Part shown: positions 25,131 to 32,000 of the stretch, in pieces
Layout of the letters: each line of letters opens with the position of its first letter
Position numbering within the stretch: the stretch's first letter is position 1
Notes under the pieces: model-generated
The model's input: the letters and a program-made list of their open reading frames with translations, nothing else
The model's database searches: none
Told to the model about the DNA's origin: nothing
From: Candidatus Saccharimonadota bacterium
Lineage (GTDB): Bacteria > Patescibacteriota > Saccharimonadia > Saccharimonadales > Saccharimonadaceae
Assembly: GCA_000503915.1 (NCBI GenBank)
Contig: CP006915.1
Coordinates: 780,001 to 812,000, forward strand
Length of the DNA: 32,000 nucleotides
Direction of reading: 5' to 3'
Position numbers and translations under genes: made by a program

Positions 25131-25204
25131 GCTTGGCTGGGGATGAGGGATTCGGAACTATTGTCATGCTCCTCGAATAGCTAAAGCTATCTCGTCGGCC
25201 AAGC
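25131..25204 (-). other. 74-nt tRNA-sized element closed by a perfect 7-bp stem, containing a tRNA-3'-end-like fragment
   Basis: Minus strand GCTTGGC...GCCAAGC encloses 60 nt including GTTCCGAATCCCTCATCCCCAGCCA (25158-25134). I could not fold a cloverleaf. Confidence 0.35.
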
Positions 25205-25268
25205 AAGTAAAACTCAAACAGTCACTGACTGTTTTCGCCCTCTCGGGTTCGAATCTATCTCAAACATA

Positions 25269-25305
25269 AGAAATAGCTCTAGACCAAAAGGTATAGAGCT
25301 ATTTC
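25269..25305. terminator. perfect 13-bp hairpin, terminator-like
   Basis: AGAAATAGCTCTA (25269-25281) / TAGAGCTATTTCT (25293-25305). Confidence 0.5.
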
Positions 25306-25357
25306 TATGGCTGGGCGCTGTGGTCAAGGAATATAATTCTTTTTGAAGGAGGCCACC

Positions 25358-25498
25358 ATGCCAAAGAAAAAGAATGTAAAACAAGCCGACCCCATAGAAG
25401 TCAAACGAAAGCAAGATGCACTTGCCTTAGCGTATCTAATTTATGATATTTGGAAAGATAAACGCGCTCAAGGCAAGCAAAATACTAAAAATAAGTAG
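25358..25498 (+). CDS. small basic protein (46 aa)
   Basis: Below the track cutoff. Strong SD GAAGGAGG 5 nt before the ATG. MPKKKNVKQADPIEVKRKQDALALAYLIYDIWKDKRAQGKQNTKNK. Confidence 0.5.
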   Translation: MPKKKNVKQADPIEVKRKQDALALAYLIYDIWKDKRAQGKQNTKNK

Positions 25499-25552
25499 TC
25501 GTAATACCTTCTTTTCAAGAAAAATGCCCATTTTTAATTTATAGTGAATGTA

Positions 25553-26065
25553 ATGGGTAGGAAATCTAGTGTTAATTGGGTACAAGCTAGAGAGCTATAT
25601 CTTAAAGATTCACGATATAGCTATTTTGAGATAGCTGAAATATTTGGCGTGAGCAAAGCTTCGATACAAAAACGAGGTACTAAAGAAAAATGGCCAGAAC
25701 AGAGAAAAGCCTACTCTAATGCGACACTTTCAAAGAAACTCAGCATGCTGTCTATTGATGTCGATGTTGCAGAGGTGAACACACGCCATATAAAAGACTT
25801 CCGAATGATGCAGGCAATGGCAAGCAGGATATTTATTAAGGCCTGGGAGGAATATAATGAGGGTAAATTGAAGAAGGCGGCGCTAACACTTAAGCGTGCC
25901 TCGGACACGATGATTATTGGCATTAAGGGTGAAAGAAAAGTTCTCGGTTTACCAAGCGTCCGTCGCTTTAATGAGATGAAGCCCAAGGATCCGGGGCCAT
26001 GGATTGAGCTCGCAAAAGAGATCGAAAAATCTCGGCAAAGACCTACGACTAAAAATCAAGAGTAA
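25553..26065 (+). CDS. HTH DNA-binding protein, terminase-small-subunit-like
   Basis: WVQARELYLKDSRYSYFEIAEIFGVSKASIQKRGTKEKWPEQR resembles the N-terminal HTH of phage small terminase / YjcR-like proteins. Assignment from memory. Confidence 0.5.
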   Translation: MGRKSSVNWVQARELYLKDSRYSYFEIAEIFGVSKASIQKRGTKEKWPEQRKAYSNATLSKKLSMLSIDVDVAEVNTRHIKDFRMMQAMASRIFIKAWEEYNEGKLKKAALTLKRASDTMIIGIKGERKVLGLPSVRRFNEMKPKDPGPWIELAKEIEKSRQRPTTKNQE

Positions 26066-27068
26066 TTGTTACGGGTGAACTATTGGCGTGAATTGTCTTG
26101 CTATGTACCTCTATGCCCTTTAGTGGAGGGAATACATTCTTATTAATCAATTGGTTCAGCAAGACATACCGACATATTTGACGAAGTTGATCGACTAAGC
26201 TTTCTAATGAATAATTATCACTCTTGTACTCCTCAATGGCTTTCTTGGTGGTATATTCTGTCACACCGTCATTAAGTGAACCTCGACCAATAATAAGAGC
26301 AGGCATTAGCCCGTTGTGAACCGTGTTATTTCTTATTTCACTTCGAGCAACATCAAATATGAGACGATATTGCTTTCGGATTTCTTTGTCTTTTATGCGA
26401 CTAAAGAGCAGTTCTTTCCAGTCTTTATCCGCATTATTTATAGGATGATTAACGCCCTTACCGCAGGTCTCACATTTTCCTTTGCAAAACTCAGGCTTTG
26501 GCAGAAGCGCCTCCATGGCGGATATAAGTATTACTACCTGCCAGTACGCTGGATCAATACTTCGCAGTCGAGGGTTAAAGTCTATGTCTTGTGCTAGGAA
26601 ATAATTTTTGAGTGCAGCTATGTATACATCATCGGTTTTGAGGTAAGCTTTATAGATTTCATCATAGGAAACTTCATCTTCAACTTCATGCCCCCAATAC
26701 ACTCCCGGGAGGACGCTTCTAAAATCTAGACGCATTTCTCGAGCGGTTACTCCAGGATATTTTTCAGTATCAAGATCTTCAACATTAAAATCACTATACG
26801 TTTGCCCATATGCCTGGAAAGCGTATAGGGGCAGCCGACTGTCGGCTAATAATGCATGCATGTAAATCCACTTATCAATTTTCCCGTGATAGCCGTCCTC
26901 TTCTACTGTGAGTGACGCCGACCAGTGTGGTCGGTTCCAGTCATCAAGTACCGTAACTGATCCGGCTCTTGCAATTTTGAGTCCCTTGGTTTCGATAGGT
27001 AATGTAGGTACCAAATAGCTAGGAAGTCGTCTAATATTCTTCACTTTAAAGTTTTCGCATTCTGCCAC
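26049..27068 (-). CDS. HEPN-motif protein (putative RNase effector)
   Basis: 339 aa. ARSEIRNNTVHNG carries the R-N-x3-H (Rx4-6H) HEPN signature in a helical C-terminal half, preceded by CKGKCETCGK. The N-terminal half looks beta-rich. The GTG start sits inside the 3' end of the upstream gene (23-nt overlap). Confidence 0.55.
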   Translation of the reverse strand: MAECENFKVKNIRRLPSYLVPTLPIETKGLKIARAGSVTVLDDWNRPHWSASLTVEEDGYHGKIDKWIYMHALLADSRLPLYAFQAYGQTYSDFNVEDLDTEKYPGVTAREMRLDFRSVLPGVYWGHEVEDEVSYDEIYKAYLKTDDVYIAALKNYFLAQDIDFNPRLRSIDPAYWQVVILISAMEALLPKPEFCKGKCETCGKGVNHPINNADKDWKELLFSRIKDKEIRKQYRLIFDVARSEIRNNTVHNGLMPALIIGRGSLNDGVTEYTTKKAIEEYKSDNYSLESLVDQLRQICRYVLLNQLINKNVFPPLKGIEVHSKTIHANSSPVTITLDF

Positions 27069-27651
27069 TACATATTCGCTGGATATTCTTTAGAGGTTTA
27101 TCGAAGTATGTGTCGACTGAATACTTGGCGTCATCAAAAGTGTCCGCATCGCCTTTATAGCTTAGAATCTTCTCGATAGATGATTGTAGCGCCTTGTCGT
27201 CCCTGTCTTTTGATTTATTTTTCCAACGTTTAATCAAGTGGTCTTTTTCTGTCCCAATCAGTATGAAGAATGCCTTATCAAGCTGACCTTGTTGTGTGGT
27301 GAGAATATCCCTGTAGCTATTAGCCTTCTCCTCATAATTAAAGGCAGCTTGTTTCTGTATTTCAAGTTCAGTGATAGATGAAGCATCCCCGTCCCGAATC
27401 ATATGCATCATTGAACGAAATGAAATATTAAATTCGTGAAATACAATGAGAGTTCTTCGTATATTGCGTGCTGACGATATGACATCACCGTATGCTTGCT
27501 TCAACTCTTGTTTTTCGTTACGACGCCTTGTTATGTACTCGTTAATAAAGAAACCCAACATCGTTGTAATGGCAGCTATTATTGCAGCCAGTATCGTTGA
27601 GTTTAATATCTTATCCATGCAACTTATTATAAACTTTTTTCCTTCTTTCAC
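27046..27651 (-). CDS. N-terminally membrane-anchored helical protein, unknown function
   Basis: 201 aa. TM ILNSTILAAIIAAITTMLGFFI followed by a charged helical domain. TATCAT ends 6 nt before GTG 27651; the alternative start is ATG 27618. Confidence 0.55.
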   Translation of the reverse strand: MKEGKKFIISCMDKILNSTILAAIIAAITTMLGFFINEYITRRRNEKQELKQAYGDVISSARNIRRTLIVFHEFNISFRSMMHMIRDGDASSITELEIQKQAAFNYEEKANSYRDILTTQQGQLDKAFFILIGTEKDHLIKRWKNKSKDRDDKALQSSIEKILSYKGDADTFDDAKYSVDTYFDKPLKNIQRICSGRMRKL

Positions 27652-27772
27652 GGTATAATGATAATTGTCTAGGATTCAAACAATTAGTTAACGCGACCAG
27701 CCTCGCGTAGTTGTGCCGTAAAATGGGCAGCTACGTAAAAAAGAATAGGCATAACTGCTTGTTTGGGTCCTA

Positions 27773-27799
27773 GACAGTCCAGCGTGGCTGTCCTTTTTA
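27773..27799 (+). terminator. intrinsic terminator-like hairpin in front of the 27841 gene
   Basis: GACAG(t)CCA-gcg-TGGCTGTC followed by CTTTTTATTT. No + strand CDS for 1.7 kb upstream. Confidence 0.45.
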
Positions 27800-27840
27800 T
27801 TTGGAAGCCGCGGATTATTAACTCAAAGGAGGAGGAAACC

Positions 27841-28459
27841 ATGGCTACCAAGCAAAAAGAGTGGAAAGATATGTCAAAAGGTGAAAAGACTATGACCGTT
27901 CTAATCCTGCCCATTATCATAATAATTATTATTGCAGTCGCATCAGCAATATTCGGTGGCGATAAGAAGACTAACGAATCGGTAGCTAAAACCGAGATTA
28001 GCAAAACAGAAACTGCGCAACCCGTTCCTAAATTCGATACGTACCTAAATCGCCCTATGAGCGAAGTTGCGTCGGAATTTGGCCCAAACCTACGATCCAG
28101 CGAACAGTACGCAGATACGGGCCGAAAAAGACGGCTACAAGCTATTCTTTGAAGATGGCGGGCGCGATGATCCGGCCGACACACTTAAGAAACAAAATAC
28201 TGGTCAAGTAACAACCGTTAATATGGATTTACCACGGTTAGGTAAATGTAAGCAGGACCAGGTATTCGGTAAGATTGATGAAGCCATGCGGATTGCCGAA
28301 CTCAACCCAGAAACTAAGGGTGACAAAAGCGGCACACAGCAAGGCTATGCAGTTTACAAGAATTACATAGGTAAAGAAAGCCTGGAATTAAGTTTGATTT
28401 GCGAATACGATAACGCAAATTACAAACTACAACTACGAGTTTTGCCAGAATATAGATAA
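27841..28459 (+). pseudogene. membrane-anchored protein split by a +1 frameshift (or sequencing error)
   Basis: SD AAAGGAGGAGG then ATG 27841. MATKQKEW...TM(LILPIIIIIIIAVASAIF)...NRPMSEVASEFGPN is in frame 1. Plausible sequence continues in the next frame as YDPANSTQIRAEKDGYKLFFEDGG... to 28459. The switch point is near ggcccaaacc (28081-28090). Confidence 0.5.
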
Positions 28460-28509
28460 TCTGCAATTTAACTGGACTTTCTATTTTATCGAGCTAATAT
28501 GTGTCATGT

Positions 28510-29769
28510 ATGGAGATCAACCAACAGATACGATACTGCTTGTACGCCCGTAAATCGAGCGAACAAGACGAGCGTCAAGCGATGAGCATAGACTCACAAA
28601 TAAAAGAAATGTCCGCCATGGCGGAACGAGAGGGTCTGCAAGTGGTTGCGAGGAAGCAAGAAAGCTTCTCGGCAAAACAGTCTGCAAAGCGCCCGGTATT
28701 CAATGAGTTACTCGAGGCAATAAGAAACGACGAGTTTAATGGGATACTTACCTGGGCACCTGATCGCTTGTCACGTAATGCCGGCGACCTTGGCTCACTC
28801 GTTGACCTTATGGACTCTGGCAAGTTACAGCAGATACGAACTTTCGGACAAAGTTTCAGCAATACACCAAACGAGAAGTTCCTCCTGATGATCTTGTGTT
28901 CGCAAGCAAAGCTCGAGAACGACAACCGTGGTATCAACGTTAAGCGAGGTATCCGGGCAAAGTGCGAAATGGGTTGGCGGCCATGCATGCCGCCACTTGG
29001 TTACTTCACTCGCGCGGCGACCGGTAAGCAGCGGGACGTAATCATAGACGAAGAGCGAGCGCCTCACATTGTCAAAATGTTTGAAATGTGCGCCGCCGGT
29101 AAAAGCGGACGACACATAAAGCAATTCCTTGTCGAGAATGATGTACGCACTCGTAAGGATAAGATGATTCACTTAAGCATGGTCTACAAAATTCTTAAGA
29201 ACCCGTTCTACTATGGTCGCTTCGAGTATCCTGCTGGTAGCAGTAACTGGTATCAGGGGAAGCATATCCCGCTCATATCTAAAGAATTATTTGAACAAGT
29301 GCAAGCGCAATTGGTCGTCCCTCAAAAATCTAAATGGGGAGCTAAGGAGTTCCCTTATAAGCAATTTCTAAAGTGTTATTCTTGTGGATCGAGCATTGTA
29401 GGAGAGGAAAAAATCAAGCAATTTAAAAATGGTAATAGGCGTAGATACGTTTATTACCACTGCTCTCGACAGGTTGATTATGATTGTAAAGAGCCCTTTG
29501 CTTCTGAGGCGGCGATAGTCACGGCATTAACTAAGCTCAGTAATGAACTCATATCTGATGTATTAAAAGTAGAGCCAGGGTTAGCTGCTGCAATTGAAAA
29601 ATTTGCAAAAATGATCTCTCTAACTAATGATGCTCATATTAAAAATAATGTAATGGCAGCGTACATTCGATACGTCTTAAAGGATGGTTCGTTATTTGAG
29701 AAGACAAGGCTTGTCCGCAATCTGCAAACAGGATTGGCCCTTCATGACAGAAAGTTAGTAAGTCTTTAG
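28510..29769 (+). CDS. large serine recombinase
   Basis: YCLYARKSSEQDERQAMSIDSQ (resolvase catalytic Ser region), SRNAGDLG, recombinase domain (NPFYYGRFEY), zinc ribbon CYSCGSS...YYHCSRQVDYDC. Confidence 0.85.
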   Translation: MEINQQIRYCLYARKSSEQDERQAMSIDSQIKEMSAMAEREGLQVVARKQESFSAKQSAKRPVFNELLEAIRNDEFNGILTWAPDRLSRNAGDLGSLVDLMDSGKLQQIRTFGQSFSNTPNEKFLLMILCSQAKLENDNRGINVKRGIRAKCEMGWRPCMPPLGYFTRAATGKQRDVIIDEERAPHIVKMFEMCAAGKSGRHIKQFLVENDVRTRKDKMIHLSMVYKILKNPFYYGRFEYPAGSSNWYQGKHIPLISKELFEQVQAQLVVPQKSKWGAKEFPYKQFLKCYSCGSSIVGEEKIKQFKNGNRRRYVYYHCSRQVDYDCKEPFASEAAIVTALTKLSNELISDVLKVEPGLAAAIEKFAKMISLTNDAHIKNNVMAAYIRYVLKDGSLFEKTRLVRNLQTGLALHDRKLVSL

Positions 29770-29805
29770 CTATTCATATAGAGTCTGGTCGTAAGGCGGT
29801 AGAAA

Positions 29806-32000
29806 TTACTTATTAAGCCACTTCTCGTAACTGTGGTGAAAATTGTAATTTCGGGATATAAGTTTGTCATATATGCGCTTTACTACATCATCGTGGGTAT
29901 CTATTTTTTCAAGTTCGGCTAGTGCTACGTCGAAGTCATACGCTATCGAAGCTTGTTCGGGATAATCGATAAGAAACTCGAGATCTTTTAAGAACTGCTC
30001 AACACCAAGATGTTCTCGGACTTTTGCAAGAATAGAGCCGTTGTAGTGAAAAGGCCACCAATTATATTCGCCCGGGTGCTGGTCCTTTTTTGACTCTGCG
30101 ATTATGGCCGGTCTTTCGAAATCTAGACTCATTCTCCAAATCTTGTAACAATCATCAAACTTTTTATCGATATAACGCTTAATAAATATATGAAGATGAC
30201 TATAAACATGATGGTTATAGTTCTTAATAGCAAAGGGGAGGTATTTTATACTTATAGCGAAGAACTTATCAAAATTGCCATTGTTTTTAATTGGTTCTTC
30301 GGGCAGTTTTGCGATGTGCCAAACCAAAGATTCTCTGTGATCTTCTGAGCCATTTTCTAGGAAATCTTTTAACCTATCTTGAATTAGTTTTGGGTTATAT
30401 GGGGGCATTGGTCCGCCACGTGCCTTTGACCAATTCCTAAACGCACCCTTTCTGAATTCTGCAAGGAACAGGAGTAATGTATCAAGCTCTTTTAGTGTTT
30501 CTTTATCGCCGTGCTTTACGAATATATCAATGACTTCGAGTGCCTGAGACTCATTCATGGTTCTGATTCTATTGAAGACTCGTGCTAAGTGTTGCAAAAT
30601 CCCATAATGATAATTTGTCTTATCTTTCAACATAGTGAAAGCAAAGTCTTCTATCCCTTTGGCCGTAGAATATTTCATAAACCAATCCTTACTTTCAGGC
30701 ATAGTCGTGTGGCGATTGTTAGCAAGTGCTTCAAGCATTAGTAGTGATAGTTGTCGAACATACAAACTCTCGTCTGTACAGAGCTTTTTTGTGAGTTCAA
30801 ATGCACGCTCCGTATAATCTCGCCCTGCAACGGAATTAACGGGCATTAGTATCCAAGCAATACATCCACGCACACTACTGATTTGGATATTATGCTTTCC
30901 TTCAACAACGTCCTTATCAAACTCGCTATTTTTCTCAGGGCTTGGATCGGTGATAAAGAAGTCTGCTATATAGAAAGCTTCTTCAAATTTGTGCTTTTTT
31001 GAAAGCTTCTCGGCAAACCAAACGAAGTTCTCCCGTGTTTCAGTATTTGTAATTTTTGCGGCAAGTTTTGCAGCATTACCTGCAATCTCTAGTTCAGGCT
31101 TAACAATATCTAAGTAAATAGTGTCGAGATAGTCGTCAGGCATATCTCTTAAAACTGAACCAAAAACTCTCTGCTGATTCTCGGTCGGCTTATTGGCAAC
31201 TAGTGAACGCAGTATACCTATACCATTGTCGTAATCTTTCTTTAAAACATTGAGGATTGGATCTTTGGCGTCATACGAATGGAATGAGTCAAGCGACTTA
31301 GAGAAGTAATCACCGTGAAGAAATCCCTCTAAAAGGTGAGTACCCTGCTGGAAAGTGTCGTCGTTGCTAATGAGACGCATAATGGATTGAATTACGGTTG
31401 TATCAAACATAATTTGCCGATTCATATAGTCCTCATTCGCTAAAAGATTAGAGAATGTCTCTATGGCCTGCTCGTGTTTTGCCCCCAAGAGCCCCCAAAG
31501 AACCTGATCCATAAATACGTTAATTGGATAGCCAAACTCTTTAATCGCAACATTCAATAAAGTCCATTTTTGTTCGATGCTCAGTGTCTCGGAGTCTCTA
31601 ACATAAAAGAAAATGAGCTCGGCTTTGTGAGGTATGCCTTTCCTCATCTTTATGAATTCAGACAATATTCTAAAAGCTTTTTTATTGCCTTGTTCATATT
31701 GTTCAAGTAAGAATGGAATAAACGCCCTATTCATAAAGTCGGGTTTAGACTCGCTCACTTCGCTGACTTTAAGAGATATATATTTATCAGCAAGCTTCCA
31801 TTTTTTATCAATAGGCAACCTTTTAAGATAGGGCTTGATAATTGTTCTTATAAAGACTCTGTCGTGAACCTCATAATCCCCTCCGAAGTTTGACGTACCG
31901 CCTCCCATCAATTCCCAGCCATCATATTTGATCTTGAACCTCTCATATTGCCGGCTGTATTGATCTGCAAGTTGTTCAAGTAAATAACTAAAACTGCTTG
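29806..32000 (-). CDS. large all-helical repeat protein, N-terminus outside the window
   Basis: The track gives 701 aa from TTG 31911, but the frame stays open upstream to position 32000 (...SSFSYLLEQLADQYSRQYERFKIKYDGWELMGGGTSNF...). No catalytic or NTP-binding motif recognised in the visible part. Confidence 0.6.
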   Translation of the reverse strand, partial: SSFSYLLEQLADQYSRQYERFKIKYDGWELMGGGTSNFGGDYEVHDRVFIRTIIKPYLKRLPIDKKWKLADKYISLKVSEVSESKPDFMNRAFIPFLLEQYEQGNKKAFRILSEFIKMRKGIPHKAELIFFYVRDSETLSIEQKWTLLNVAIKEFGYPINVFMDQVLWGLLGAKHEQAIETFSNLLANEDYMNRQIMFDTTVIQSIMRLISNDDTFQQGTHLLEGFLHGDYFSKSLDSFHSYDAKDPILNVLKKDYDNGIGILRSLVANKPTENQQRVFGSVLRDMPDDYLDTIYLDIVKPELEIAGNAAKLAAKITNTETRENFVWFAEKLSKKHKFEEAFYIADFFITDPSPEKNSEFDKDVVEGKHNIQISSVRGCIAWILMPVNSVAGRDYTERAFELTKKLCTDESLYVRQLSLLMLEALANNRHTTMPESKDWFMKYSTAKGIEDFAFTMLKDKTNYHYGILQHLARVFNRIRTMNESQALEVIDIFVKHGDKETLKELDTLLLFLAEFRKGAFRNWSKARGGPMPPYNPKLIQDRLKDFLENGSEDHRESLVWHIAKLPEEPIKNNGNFDKFFAISIKYLPFAIKNYNHHVYSHLHIFIKRYIDKKFDDCYKIWRMSLDFERPAIIAESKKDQHPGEYNWWPFHYNGSILAKVREHLGVEQFLKDLEFLIDYPEQASIAYDFDVALAELEKIDTHDDVVKRIYDKLISRNYNFHHSYEKWLNK

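Larger units (their letters stand above)
24529..32000. mobile_element. putative integrated element / genomic island (right end beyond window)
   Basis: Visibly AT-richer than 19-24.4 kb. tRNA-end-like fragments lie at its left edge. It carries a large serine recombinase, a terminase-small-like HTH, HEPN-type cargo and a frameshifted gene. Confidence 0.45.

Noticed and set aside
24529-25206. Full-length 225-aa version of the kinase ORF
   Set aside because: The first 44 codons run through the tRNA-like fragment and are Ser/Pro/Lys-rich. The Walker A motif follows directly after the internal Met at 25074.
25121-25262. Intact tRNA gene (perfect 7-bp acceptor-like stem GCTTGGC/GCCAAGC, 74 nt; TTCGAAT-type loops on both strands)
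   Set aside because: No D-arm, 7-nt anticodon loop or paired T-stem could be drawn for any of the candidates. They are treated as fragments only.
25214-25414. 66-aa minus-strand ORF
   Set aside because: It spans the 13-bp hairpin and is antisense to the SD-led 46-aa + strand ORF.
27684-28184. 166-aa minus-strand ORF
   Set aside because: It is antisense to the SD-led + strand gene at 27841 and crosses an intergenic terminator. The product is implausible.
1-32000. CRISPR arrays, rRNA genes, transposase/IS elements
   Set aside because: I saw no regularly spaced direct repeats, no rRNA-like conserved stretches and no transposase-like ORFs on either strand. The only recombinase is the serine recombinase at 28510.

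Overview
32-kb bacterial chromosomal window of mostly short genes, many on the minus strand. The gene content fits a reduced Patescibacteria/Saccharibacteria-like genome: a short 320-aa MetK, tandem type IV pilin-like genes, DUF2207/DUF378/DUF4342/DoxX-type small membrane proteins, almost no biosynthesis, and many promoters placed for leaderless translation. That taxonomic guess is inference only. Core genes I can support: pheS, an NYN-domain protein, a MIP channel, rmuC, a PAP2 phosphatase, a VIT1/CCC1 transporter, a DUF2207 protein, metK behind a SAM-I riboswitch, a ZIP transporter, two pilins, and an FNR-like/ArsR/HdeD/hemerythrin cluster. Accessory patches stand out by eye from composition and content. 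(i) A GC-rich two-gene islet at 8.0-9.07 kb has consensus promoters and an mRNA whose ribosome-binding region is perfectly complementary to its own 3' UTR. (ii) An AT-rich patch at 14.1-18.9 kb holds a type II R-M pair (the C5-methyltransferase is fused to a MerR-type HTH), a leaderless operon of three ATGA-coupled mini-HTH paralogs plus a tail-anchored protein, and a solitary HsdR-N-like nuclease-domain protein. (iii) Orphan proteins occupy 18.9-21.8 kb. (iv) An AT-rich, apparently integrated element runs from about 24.5 kb to beyond the window end. It is bordered by tRNA-3'-end-like fragments and carries a large serine recombinase, a terminase-small-subunit-like HTH protein, an overlapping TM-protein/HEPN-motif (RNNTVH) gene pair, a frameshifted membrane-protein gene, and a helical protein of more than 730 aa whose ORF is still open at position 32000. 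My best candidates for an undescribed system are the TM+HEPN pair (26049-27651) and the mini-HTH operon (16408-17495), followed by the fold-back mRNA locus (8015-8546). No CRISPR array, rRNA or intact tRNA was seen. All homology statements rest on motif recognition by eye, not on database searches.
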